A stretch of 64,000 nucleotides of DNA from a virus, in IMG/VR virus record IMGVR_UViG_3300049171_000040, positions 36,075 to 100,074 of that record; one strand, given 5' to 3'. A program made the position numbers and the translations under genes. Shown here in pieces: positions 40,632 through 49,612 of this stretch (its first letter is position 1; each line of letters begins with the position of its first letter). A model generated the notes under the pieces. The model ran no database searches. It saw only the letters and a program-made list of their open reading frames with translations, and had not been told where the DNA came from.

Positions 40632-40705
40632 GGCCCCGGGGACACCGGGGCCATCGCACGGCCCGACCAGCAGACGCCCTGGTGCAAGTCCAGGGACGGG
40701 CACCA
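40632..40705 (+). ncRNA. Hairpin + tRNA-like mini-element, copy 1
   Basis: gcccg/cgggc stem, ccctgg-TGCAAGT-ccaggg T-arm, ACCA end; covaries with copy 2. Confidence 0.6.
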
Positions 40706-40735
40706 GAGCGACATCCCTTCGACCGAGGAGAACCG

Positions 40736-41263
40736 ATGACCATCACCCTCACCGCGCTGACCGGCCACACCCTCACCGTCGAGCGCATCGTGGACGTCCC
40801 CGAACTGGAGGGCACCCGCATCCGCCGTGAGGCCGAGACCAACACCTTCTCCGGCCCCACCTGGGTGATCGTGGAGCGGCGCGACGGCCAGTTCATCGCC
40901 GACCACGCCACGGACACCTCACGCCCGCCGTTCCAGAGCCCGTACCTCCACATGTGGGACGCCGCCCGCGACTTGGCGGACATGCTCTCCTGGCGGAAGG
41001 GCACGTTCGAGGACCTGCGCTACGTCGGCCCCGCCGGTGAGGGCGACTGGCAGGCCGCGTACGTCCAGGAGGGCTGGCACGTCCGTCTCACCGCCCGAGG
41101 CCCGTGGCAGCGCGTCGCCAAGGTCGTCCGGCACGTCAACCTGGCGACGCTGCGCCGCACCGGCCAGATCCGCTACCGACAGGTGACCCTCGTCCTGGAG
41201 GACGGCAAGTCCGTCACCAGGGGCAACGCCGCCTACCTGGACGCGCGCCCCTTCTGCGCCTGA
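40736..41263 (+). CDS. Hypothetical protein
   Basis: RBS gaggag. Confidence 0.65.
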   Translation: MTITLTALTGHTLTVERIVDVPELEGTRIRREAETNTFSGPTWVIVERRDGQFIADHATDTSRPPFQSPYLHMWDAARDLADMLSWRKGTFEDLRYVGPAGEGDWQAAYVQEGWHVRLTARGPWQRVAKVVRHVNLATLRRTGQIRYRQVTLVLEDGKSVTRGNAAYLDARPFCA

Positions 41264-41337
41264 TCGCCTCCGGCCCCGGGATACCGGGGCTCTCAATCCC
41301 TCCCTCAAGAACAGCCAGCAGCGACGTAGGAGACGTG

Positions 41338-41679
41338 ATGACGCTCATGGCCACCGACGACGAAAAGGCTCGACTCGCCGCGATGCACACCCGTGGCCGC
41401 GCCACGCTCGGAGCACGCACGACCAGCGAACTGTGCGACATGTACGTGCTCGCGATGGCTCAGCGGGACAAGAGCACCGGCGACGAGGTCAGGGTTGCCT
41501 GCATCACGCTCGGGTGGATCGGCGAAGTCCTTGAGCGGCGCGACCCCGCCGCTGCCGACCGCTGGTACGAGGCAGAAGAGGCTATCGAGCTCGACATGCT
41601 CTCCCGCGACGAGTGGATCGACGGCGCTTCCGGTCTCCCTCCCCACCCGTTCTTCGGCATCGACGAGCCGAGTGCCTGA
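41338..41679 (+). CDS. Hypothetical protein
   Basis: RBS aggag. Confidence 0.6.
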   Translation: MTLMATDDEKARLAAMHTRGRATLGARTTSELCDMYVLAMAQRDKSTGDEVRVACITLGWIGEVLERRDPAAADRWYEAEEAIELDMLSRDEWIDGASGLPPHPFFGIDEPSA

Positions 41680-41689
41680 CCTTCCCTCC

Positions 41690-41762
41690 GGCCCGGGGGA
41701 GACCTCGGGCCACCCCCGCCTGACCAGCAGCTCCCGGTGTGCAAGCCCCGGTACAGGCGCCA
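41690..41762 (+). ncRNA. Hairpin + tRNA-like mini-element, copy 2
   Basis: gcctg/caggc stem, ccgg(t)g-TGCAAGC-cccgg T-arm, GCCA end. Confidence 0.6.
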
Positions 41763-41791
41763 ACACATCCCCCTGCGACTGAGGAGAACCG

Positions 41792-42073
41792 ATGACCACC
41801 GTTGAACTCGCCGCCGCCGCTGAGGAGGCCGTGGACGCCCTCACCACCCGCCTCCACGACCAGCCCGCCGACAGCTCCGAAGTGGTGGAGAAGCTGAAGG
41901 GCATCGCCCACGGTCTGATGCTCGCCCTCATCGCAGTCTCCGCCGACGTCGGCGGTGAGAGCGCCGAGCGGGCGAACGAGGCGATCGACGCGCTGCTGCC
42001 CACCATCCCCGTCCTCGCCGACCTGGCTGAGGCGCTGCGTGAGGCCGAGTACCAGCGCGTCATCACCGCCTGA
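41792..42073 (+). CDS. Hypothetical protein
   Basis: RBS gaggag. Confidence 0.65.
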   Translation: MTTVELAAAAEEAVDALTTRLHDQPADSSEVVEKLKGIAHGLMLALIAVSADVGGESAERANEAIDALLPTIPVLADLAEALREAEYQRVITA

Positions 42074-42089
42074 CATGAAGGGAACCGAG

Positions 42090-42407
42090 ATGACCACACC
42101 CACGATCGAGCCTGACAGCAGTTACAGCCCGGGGTTCCGTCTCTGGGAGGCAGAGATGGGCTTCCGTGTGGCGGCCCGTGACGTCGTCATCGCCGCCCGC
42201 ATCCTGTGCTCGACCATGGGCGCGTACGACGCGCCGGCGGTGACCGAGGCGATCGTGTGCGCGGCCACGGCGCGCGCTGAGACGGACCGCTCGGTCGCCC
42301 GCGCCTTGTACGGCTGGAACGCGGCCGGGCAGGCGCTGATGGACGCGGCGTGGGCTCGCGCCGAGGTGGACTCGTCCTTCGACGTCAAGCCGTTCCTGGC
42401 CCGCTGA
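42090..42407 (+). CDS. Hypothetical protein
   Basis: RBS; codon bias. Confidence 0.55.
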   Translation: MTTPTIEPDSSYSPGFRLWEAEMGFRVAARDVVIAARILCSTMGAYDAPAVTEAIVCAATARAETDRSVARALYGWNAAGQALMDAAWARAEVDSSFDVKPFLAR

Positions 42408-42698
42408 CCCTCTTGCGGCCGTACCTCGATACGGCCGTCTCACCAGACCAACCCGACCGAACGGAGTGCAGGCCATGGAAATCACCCAGTTCTACGGCGC
42501 GCGTGACAGCAGTGGCGCAGAGGAGACCGGGATTCACCGGTTTGGGGACACGCTCACGCTGGTCATCGGCGGGCATCGTGTCCCGTTTGACGACATCGAC
42601 GACGCGTTGTTCTTCGCGGACCAGTTGCGGGCTGCTCACACCGATGCTGTCCGCTGACCGTCTCGCCAGACCAAACGATCAATGACGGGAGACCCGAG

Positions 42699-43184
42699 AT
42701 GGACAGTTCCCCGAGCGCATTCCTCGCCTACGGCTACGACCTGTGCGGCGAGCCGTGGAAGATCGCCGAGTTAGGCGATTACGACCTCATCGACGCCGAG
42801 AAGGTCACCTGGTACGACGACGGAGAGTACGCCGAAGGGTTCATCGCGCAAGCGGAGAAGCGCCTCCTCGCCGAGATCGCGGGCTTCACGGAGACGTGGG
42901 AGACGCGGACGGGCGACGGCTTCGTCCAGCGGCAGTTCGAAGCGAAGGAGCGTGCCGGTGTCTCGTTTCAGCGTTACGGCTACCGCGAGGACCCGAAGTG
43001 GGTTCTGGCGGCGAAGGTGATCAACGTGGGCGTTGTGACCGCCAAGGCGGTGGAGCCCGCCGAGCTGGCGACGCACCCGGACCGGCCGAAGTGGGACGCC
43101 GCGCTGTTCGACGCCGTGAAGACGCTCGGGATCACGCCCGTGCAGGAGACACCGTCCTGGCTGCTCTGCGCCTACTACGGCTGA
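42699..43184 (+). CDS. Hypothetical phage protein
   Basis: A.LAYGYDL...W..AL..A...LGITP.Q..P.WLLC.Y.G. Confidence 0.65.
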   Translation: MDSSPSAFLAYGYDLCGEPWKIAELGDYDLIDAEKVTWYDDGEYAEGFIAQAEKRLLAEIAGFTETWETRTGDGFVQRQFEAKERAGVSFQRYGYREDPKWVLAAKVINVGVVTAKAVEPAELATHPDRPKWDAALFDAVKTLGITPVQETPSWLLCAYYG

Positions 43185-43271
43185 CCTTCCCCGCTCTCCT
43201 CTCTTTGGTCTCTGCCAGGAGAGGAGAGCACCACACCCGGACCCCAAACGATCACCGACAGGAGAACGACG

Positions 43272-43913
43272 ATGAGCAGTGATCCCCGATACGTCGAGTT
43301 CGACCAGATGCACGCCGTCCTGCTCTGGGATAAGCACAACGAGGTCCAGGCGATCGCCGAAACCAGAGACCTCGCGGAGAGGTACGTCGCCGGGCAGTGG
43401 TCCGACGAGGGCTACTCCATCCAGCCGATCAAGGTCATCCGGTCTCTGCCGGAGACCCGGACCCTGTACATGATTAACGCTCGTCTCTCGTACGACCCGG
43501 CCAGGGAGCCCGCGCCGCAGACGGATGAGTACACGGAGTTCCCTGGGATCGGCAACGGGGCGATGGTTCCGCTCGACCAGGTGAGCAGCAAACTCTCCGA
43601 GTACGTTCCGTTCGGCTGGGACGTCAACGCCGTCGGCTGGGACCTCGCACGCGTCGAGGCTGCATTCGAGGAACGGATGGCCGAGGCTCGGCAGTTACGA
43701 GACGCCCGCCGTGAGGCGTTCAGCAGGTTCACGCACGGGTGCGTGGTGCGCACTGCGGCGGGCGACACGCTCGTCCGCGCTGCCACTCGTGACGGTGTTC
43801 CCTGCTGGAACTCCGCCTCTAACAAGGTGATCTATGACGCTGGGGTCGACCCCGCCGACCTGACCGTGATCGCAGCAGGCGACTCCCTCACCGAGGAGGG
43901 CGACCATGCCTAG
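43272..43913 (+). CDS. Hypothetical protein
   Basis: RBS aggag. Confidence 0.6.
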   Translation: MSSDPRYVEFDQMHAVLLWDKHNEVQAIAETRDLAERYVAGQWSDEGYSIQPIKVIRSLPETRTLYMINARLSYDPAREPAPQTDEYTEFPGIGNGAMVPLDQVSSKLSEYVPFGWDVNAVGWDLARVEAAFEERMAEARQLRDARREAFSRFTHGCVVRTAAGDTLVRAATRDGVPCWNSASNKVIYDAGVDPADLTVIAAGDSLTEEGDHA

Positions 43914-44322
43914 CCGTATCCGCCGCGAGCGCACGCGCGGCTGGAGGCGACACGCCAACTGCGTGATCGTGGACCGGACGTCGAAATGGGGTAACCCGTT
44001 CAAGGTCGGCGAGAAGATCCGGAACGATTCCCCGCTCTGGCCGTACATCGCCGCCACTGTCCCGGGCGGCGCTCAAGGGCTGGTTTCGCTGACGCCCATG
44101 ACCCGCGAGCAGGCCGTCGACCTGTACTCCTCGTGGGTGATCGAGCAGCCGCACCTGATGCTCAGCCTGCACGAACTCAAGGGCAAGGATCTCGCGTGCC
44201 CGTGCAAGCTTCCTGCGCTGGGCGATCTGGACCACTGCCACGCCACCTACCTCATCGACCTCGCCAACGGAGACGACGATGCCTGTGACCGTCGACTGGC
44301 CGTACGACGCAGACCAGCATGA
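43906..44322 (+). CDS. DUF4326 protein
   Basis: GW.....V.R.SKWGNPF...ELKGKDLAC.C...CHA..L. Confidence 0.85.
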   Translation: MPSRIRRERTRGWRRHANCVIVDRTSKWGNPFKVGEKIRNDSPLWPYIAATVPGGAQGLVSLTPMTREQAVDLYSSWVIEQPHLMLSLHELKGKDLACPCKLPALGDLDHCHATYLIDLANGDDDACDRRLAVRRRPA

Positions 44323-44782
44323 CCCGCTGACCGCTCTGCGGATTCCCGTCACCAGCGCATACCCGCTCTGGCGGTACACAGCCACCTTCGATCGAGAGTC
44401 GGAGATCCGACCGACCGACGCCGAAGGCCGCATGCTGGCGTCGTTCATCGAGGAATACCGCGAGCACTGGTTCAACGACTGGTACAAGGCGAAGCTGTCG
44501 AAGCGCCCGTTCGACACCGACGCCGTCACTCGCATCTTCCACAAGTGGGCCGAGAGCGACTGGTCGTACAGGGTCGCGACGTGGGAGTACGGCCCGGTCT
44601 GGGTGCCGGTCTTTCCCGGCTTGCGCGGAAGCGAGCACGACGTGGCCAATTGGGTCGCGCCGATGTCGCTCGTGCAGGTGATGGACCGTATCCACACCAT
44701 CGGCGACGACGGACCCATGAAGCGGTGGAGGGAGTGGAAGACCTCCCATCCGGAGGTATTCACGCCGGAGGTGACCGGGTGA
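44279..44782 (+). CDS. Hypothetical protein
   Basis: Aromatic-rich ORF with good codon bias. Confidence 0.6.
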   Translation: MPVTVDWPYDADQHDPLTALRIPVTSAYPLWRYTATFDRESEIRPTDAEGRMLASFIEEYREHWFNDWYKAKLSKRPFDTDAVTRIFHKWAESDWSYRVATWEYGPVWVPVFPGLRGSEHDVANWVAPMSLVQVMDRIHTIGDDGPMKRWREWKTSHPEVFTPEVTG

Positions 44783-44998
44783 CCGACATCCCGCACGAAG
44801 CCCTACAGGCGGCATCCGAAGCGGTCCGGCGTGGCCTACTCATCCATCTCCAGCCGAACACCCTCGCTTCCGCTTCGGCCGGCCAGCCTGTTCGGCTGTC
44901 CGGCGGGGAGGCTGACGAGGCGGCACGGCTGGCTCTGGACGCCGCCCTGCCATACCTCGCACCGCAGCCCAACCCCATCGACGACAAGGAGACCGACC

Positions 44999-45817
44999 GT
45001 GGGTGACAAGACCGCTCTCGGAGACCGCATCAAGGGCTACGAGAAGGCCACCAGGACGGTCCTGCCGCGCCGCACGTACTCCGTGGTGAGAGTGGACGGC
45101 CGCTGCTTCAGCCAGTTCCTGCGCCACGCCGAGAGGCCGTTCGACGGCAGAGTCAGCGCCGCGATGAACGCCGTAGCCGAAGCCTTGTGCGCGGAAATGT
45201 CAGGTGCGGTGTTCGCCTTCACCCAGTCCGACGAGTGCAGCGTCCTGTTGACGGACTTCGAGGCGCACGCCACGCAGCCGTGGTTCGGCGGGATCGTGCA
45301 GAAGATCGCATCCATCGCGGGCTCTGTCGCGACCGTGGCGTTCAACGACCTCTACAAGCCGGACGTCGACTTCAGCGGTGAGGGGCGCACCAGGTACGCC
45401 ACCTTCGACGCCCGCGTCTTCACGATCCCGGACCCGGTGGAGGTGGCGAACTATTTCCTTTGGCGGCAACGGGACTGCGTCCGCAACTCGATCACCATGG
45501 CCGCGCAGGCGAAGTTCTCCCACCGGCAACTCCACGGCAAGACCTCCAGCGACATGCAGGAGATGCTGTGGAAGGAGCACGGCGTCAACTGGAACGACTA
45601 CCCCGATGGGCTCAAACGCGGCCGGGTGTGCACCCGCAAGACGGGGGAGCGCGAGGTGACGTGGACCGACCGCCGCACCCAGCAGGAGAACACCACGCTC
45701 GCTGTCCGGTCGTGGTGGGAGACCGAAGGGGCGCCGCACTTCACGGCCGAGCCGGGCGGGTGGCTCGCCGGCGTCATCCCCGCCATGCCGTCTCTCACCG
45801 ACAGGCAGTCGGCATGA
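44999..45817 (+). CDS. thg1: tRNA(His) guanylyltransferase Thg1-like protein (3'-5' polymerase)
   Basis: RVDGR.F..F, QSDE.S, WFGG.VQK.AS, FDAR, NYF.WRQ.DC.RNS. Confidence 0.93.
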   Translation: MGDKTALGDRIKGYEKATRTVLPRRTYSVVRVDGRCFSQFLRHAERPFDGRVSAAMNAVAEALCAEMSGAVFAFTQSDECSVLLTDFEAHATQPWFGGIVQKIASIAGSVATVAFNDLYKPDVDFSGEGRTRYATFDARVFTIPDPVEVANYFLWRQRDCVRNSITMAAQAKFSHRQLHGKTSSDMQEMLWKEHGVNWNDYPDGLKRGRVCTRKTGEREVTWTDRRTQQENTTLAVRSWWETEGAPHFTAEPGGWLAGVIPAMPSLTDRQSA

Positions 45818-46140
45818 CCGTCCGGCCGTTCGTGGTGGTGGACCCGGCACAGAACTTCGGCCGCCCGGCGCTGTCCCGCACGCGGGTCGCGGTGGGCGAC
45901 GTCGTCGCCGTGCTCCTCGCCGGCGAAGACCCGGACAGCCTGTGCGCCGACTTCGGACTGACGCGCGGGGATCTCCTCGTGGCGTGCTGGTTCGCGGCCC
46001 GGTACGGCGTCGAGGGTCGACCGCGAGGCGAGTGGGCTGCCTGGCTGGAGGAGTGGGAGCCCGTCATTTGGCGGGCGTCCTGCGACTATGAGGCGGTCCC
46101 GCTGCCTGTCGGGGAGGATGGCGGACATGCCCAGCACTGA
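45814..46140 (+). CDS. DUF433 protein
   Basis: VDP..NFGRP....TRV.V..V...L.AGE....L..DF.LT. Confidence 0.8.
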   Translation: MTVRPFVVVDPAQNFGRPALSRTRVAVGDVVAVLLAGEDPDSLCADFGLTRGDLLVACWFAARYGVEGRPRGEWAAWLEEWEPVIWRASCDYEAVPLPVGEDGGHAQH

Positions 46141-46648
46141 CGACACCCTTGCCGCGATCGACGCTGCCGTCGATGACTGGGAGGCCGACGCGATGCGGTG
46201 GTACCCAGACGGGCCAAACGAGCCAGGGCCAGACGAACGAGACGAGGCTGAGGCGCTGTACACCCTCATCAACGAGTACCTGTCGCGTGAACTCGCGCCG
46301 CACGCCCGCCGCCTGGAGTCATCGTTGTACTCCTGGCACTCCACTGGCACCGCGCCACCGCCGCCCGCGCCACCGGTGACCGTCCTGAGTGGGGTTGTGC
46401 CGCAGTACACCATCGTCGATGAGCTTCACATGTGGCCAGACCCGGACCGGCTTCGAGAGGCGTTCGCCCCGCTTGGTGACGTGATGGAGAACGCTCAGCG
46501 CGCTTTTGAGGGCTTCGGCCGGGCGTACTTCAACGGGTGGATCGCGCCCAGCGCCTACGTGCTCAGAGGTGGACCCAAGCGTCGCAGCCAGGCCGTCAAC
46601 GCTGCCTATGCCCGCCGTAGGAGAGCACGAGCAAGGAGACGCCGATGA
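46127..46648 (+). CDS. Hypothetical protein
   Basis: N-terminus L.AID.A..W..DAMRW.P shared with 47412. Confidence 0.55.
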   Translation: MPSTDDTLAAIDAAVDDWEADAMRWYPDGPNEPGPDERDEAEALYTLINEYLSRELAPHARRLESSLYSWHSTGTAPPPPAPPVTVLSGVVPQYTIVDELHMWPDPDRLREAFAPLGDVMENAQRAFEGFGRAYFNGWIAPSAYVLRGGPKRRSQAVNAAYARRRRARARRRR

Positions 46649-47094
46649 GCGACGGCCGTCAGCGTCTCGCCCGCTTGATGGACGAGCGGCGAGCCGAACT
46701 GGCCCTCGACTGGAACGACGTGGCCCAGCGCGCTGGTATCACCAAGGAAGGGCTGCGCACCGTCCGAGACGGCACAGCCCTGAACCCACGGCCCAAAACG
46801 AGACGCGGCATCGAACGGGCGTTGCACTGGGCGTCGGGCAGTTTCGACCGTGTCCTGGACGGGGGAGACCCGGAAACAGTGGTCCCGACGCCTGCACGGG
46901 AGATCGTTGACCAGCAGACTGCCGAACGCAACGCGCAAGGCGCCTTGGTCGCTGTCCTTCGCCTTCGTCTCCCAGACGTGGACGAGGGCACGATCGCACG
47001 GGTCCTTTTCAACACGGCTGACATCCTGCAAGGCGCGTCCGGCGAATTGTTCCGCCAGGCCGAGGCGTCAGCCGTACCCGAAGAGGAGGAGTAA
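46645..47094 (+). CDS. XRE HTH protein
   Basis: RR.EL.L.W.DVAQRAGIT...LR....G....IERAL.W..GS. Confidence 0.75.
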   Translation: MSDGRQRLARLMDERRAELALDWNDVAQRAGITKEGLRTVRDGTALNPRPKTRRGIERALHWASGSFDRVLDGGDPETVVPTPAREIVDQQTAERNAQGALVAVLRLRLPDVDEGTIARVLFNTADILQGASGELFRQAEASAVPEEEE

Positions 47095-47097
47095 CCG

Positions 47098-47415
47098 ATG
47101 ACCAAGCAAGACCCGACGCCGAGGCAGATCCTCGACACGCCGATGCAGCCCAACGACGCGGACGCGAAGACCGTCCGGGAGTACCTGGTGGCGCTGCTCG
47201 CCGCTGTCTGGGGCGAGGGGGAAGGCTTCAGCGGGAAACGCCCGTTTGGCAACTCCGGCTGGAAATGGGACCTGTACGAGCCGCTGGTCCGCGCTGGCCA
47301 CATCTCCGGCGAGTTCGACAACGACGGCTACCTTTCCCGGTTCGACGACGACAAGGGGAATGAACTCATCGCCGCCGCTATCCAGGCGCTCGGTGTCAGC
47401 GAGGGCAACGAGTGA
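47098..47415 (+). CDS. Hypothetical phage protein
   Basis: W.EGEGFSGKRPFGNSGW..DLY..L. Confidence 0.7.
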   Translation: MTKQDPTPRQILDTPMQPNDADAKTVREYLVALLAAVWGEGEGFSGKRPFGNSGWKWDLYEPLVRAGHISGEFDNDGYLSRFDDDKGNELIAAAIQALGVSEGNE

Positions 47416-47840
47416 GCACCCGGCACATCCTTGACGCCATAGACGGCGCCCTCGACTGGGATGGGCACAGCGACGCCATGCGGTGGACGCCACCCGAAGA
47501 GGAAGCCCTGCCGCCCTTGCCGCCCCCGCCGTGCCAACCGCCGCTCCTTCGCTCGCAGGTCAGGCGCGTGACGGTCATCGTTGAGACAGACGACGACCGC
47601 GTGGAAGTCCTCGAAGTGCCATACCCGCGACACTCCGACGTCACCATGGAGGCGCGCGAGGAACCACCACGCTGGTCCGATCCGTACAGCTTCGGAGCAG
47701 GCGCGGTAGAGGTCACTGTGGGCGTCGACGTGACGGCGGGCGAGGGCGGCATCACCCACTGGGAGGGGCACGTGTTCCCGGATGCTGTTCTGCGTCGCCT
47801 CGCCGGGCGCGCGGAGAGATCCGGCGAAACCGCCGGGTAG
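47412..47840 (+). CDS. Hypothetical protein
   Basis: Coupled ORF; DAMRW motif. Confidence 0.55.
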   Translation: MSTRHILDAIDGALDWDGHSDAMRWTPPEEEALPPLPPPPCQPPLLRSQVRRVTVIVETDDDRVEVLEVPYPRHSDVTMEAREEPPRWSDPYSFGAGAVEVTVGVDVTAGEGGITHWEGHVFPDAVLRRLAGRAERSGETAG

Positions 47841-48252
47841 CCAGCCCTCTACTGCGATAATGATCTCACTGTGCCCTCCCCACCTTTGATCCTCACTCAC
47901 CCGCGCGTGCCCGGAGTGCAACTCCATCGGGGGGCGCGATCGGGTGATGTCTACCTGCTCGCCGTCGGCGTCCAACTCACGGCCGATGACCTCGTGGAGT
48001 TGGGGGAGTGGCTCGCCGAGCACGGCCGGGAGAGGCTACGCGACGACACCCCCTGACCTGCGCCACAATGGGGCGGTAGGGGAGTAGCGGGGCGAAAGGG
48101 GAACCGGCATGCGTAAGCGACATCGGACGGGCTGAACCCCGAACACGGTTGCGGCTCCCCACCGGCCAAGCAGGGAGCCGCCCCGACCACCACCACCGTG
48201 CGTCTCCGCAGCGCAAACGGTCTGCCCGAAAGCGTACAAGGGGAGGCCACTC

Positions 48253-49059
48253 ATGCCGTACCGCCTGCACACGGACCCAGAAGCCGACGACGGACACTGG
48301 AACCACCGCAAGACATCCTCCGGCGACGACATGGACCGTTGGTGCCCCGGATCCTGCAACGCGGGAGCCCGCCGGCGCGTCCGCCACTACGAGCAGTCGA
48401 TGGCCACCTACGTGACGGAGATGGGCAAGTGGGCCAACTCCGAGATCGACGAGGAGCCGGAACGGCCTAACACACCCAAGGTCACCCCTGTCTACGCCGA
48501 CCCCGTCTACTGCGCCATGTGCGGGTACGACATCAAGGCCAAGCTGTCGAAGCTGGACGGCGCGGCTTGCGTCTACCTCCGGGAAGCGGATGGCATGCGA
48601 GGGCAGTCGGATCAGGCGAAGGTGTCCGGCTCCGTCGAGAAGCAGTCGCTGTCGCCGACGGTTGAAGACCTCGACGAGTTGGACGGCTGGCTTCGCGACT
48701 GGAAGGCGTCTTACCTCGGCAGCGGCACGTCCGCCCGTCAGGGGCTGCTGGCTGACTCCATCACTCTCGGCGTGGCGTGGCTGGTGGCACGAACGGACCG
48801 GCTGCTCACCCGCCCGGATATGGCCAGGCTGTTCGGCGATGAGGTTCACGCCTGGTATGGCCGGCTGGCCCGGTTCGACCCGTCCGACGTTGTGGTGAAG
48901 AAGATGCGCGCGCGCTGCGACTGGTGCCAGGGCGACACGCTGGAGTGGCGGCAAGGCGAGGACCGGGTGAGCTGCCGCCGAAGCGACTGCGGGAGGGTCT
49001 TGAAACTGAATGAGTACGAGGCGATGGAAGACGATGCGAAGAAGGCTGCCGCGCCGTGA
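48253..49059 (+). CDS. Zn-ribbon phage protein (possible late regulator)
   Basis: CPGSCN, C..C and C-terminal C..C...C....C. Confidence 0.6.
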   Translation: MPYRLHTDPEADDGHWNHRKTSSGDDMDRWCPGSCNAGARRRVRHYEQSMATYVTEMGKWANSEIDEEPERPNTPKVTPVYADPVYCAMCGYDIKAKLSKLDGAACVYLREADGMRGQSDQAKVSGSVEKQSLSPTVEDLDELDGWLRDWKASYLGSGTSARQGLLADSITLGVAWLVARTDRLLTRPDMARLFGDEVHAWYGRLARFDPSDVVVKKMRARCDWCQGDTLEWRQGEDRVSCRRSDCGRVLKLNEYEAMEDDAKKAAAP

Positions 49060-49091
49060 TCGGCTCCAATTGGACAAGTCGCTGACCTGCG

Positions 49092-49433
49092 GTGCATCCT
49101 AGGGCGCAGGTGGTACTCGTATGCCCGCTGACCGGAGTCTCCGGCAGCGGGCATTTTGCGTTACCGGGGGTGGATGTGCTCCCCGGATATCACGTCACCC
49201 CAGACGGGGAACGGGTCGTTTCCCGAGCGCAGGCCGCGGCCATCAAGGGAGTGACGGGCGCGACGATCGACGGGTGGGTCCGGAAGGGCTATCTGGAACC
49301 GATACCGGGCTGCCCGCCACGCCAGCGCCTGTTCCTGTTGGACGACGTTGACGCCGCGGAGACGCGGGCGTACCTCGCCGCTGTGCGGACGTCGGGCAGC
49401 GATAAGCGCGTTGAGCGCCACGTCGCGGCCTAG
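49092..49433 (+). CDS. HTH protein (excisionase/MerR-like)
   Basis: VSRAQAAAIKGVTGATIDGWVRKGYL; start uncertain. Confidence 0.65.
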   Translation: MHPRAQVVLVCPLTGVSGSGHFALPGVDVLPGYHVTPDGERVVSRAQAAAIKGVTGATIDGWVRKGYLEPIPGCPPRQRLFLLDDVDAAETRAYLAAVRTSGSDKRVERHVAA

Positions 49434-49612
49434 ACGGCCCTAGAAACTTCTAGACGCGCGCCCCGGTTTCGCCCCCGGGTCGTGCCGCTCCGCTGACGCG
49501 ACTTCCCCGTGGCGTCGGCGTGAGCCCCTTAGGTCAGCCCGGTTCCCTTCCCTGCGGGGGGTGGGGGCGGGAGCCGGGCTGTACCAACCCCCTCAACCCC
49601 CTGGAGAGACTC

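Noticed and set aside
40677-40700. Cobalamin riboswitch (GGTGCAAGTCC T-loop)
   Set aside because: No GGGAA, GCCACTG or B12-box elements, and no B12-related gene downstream
40627-41794. CRISPR array or canonical tRNA genes
   Set aside because: The repeats are about 1 kb apart and separated by genes; no cas genes; no anticodon or D arms
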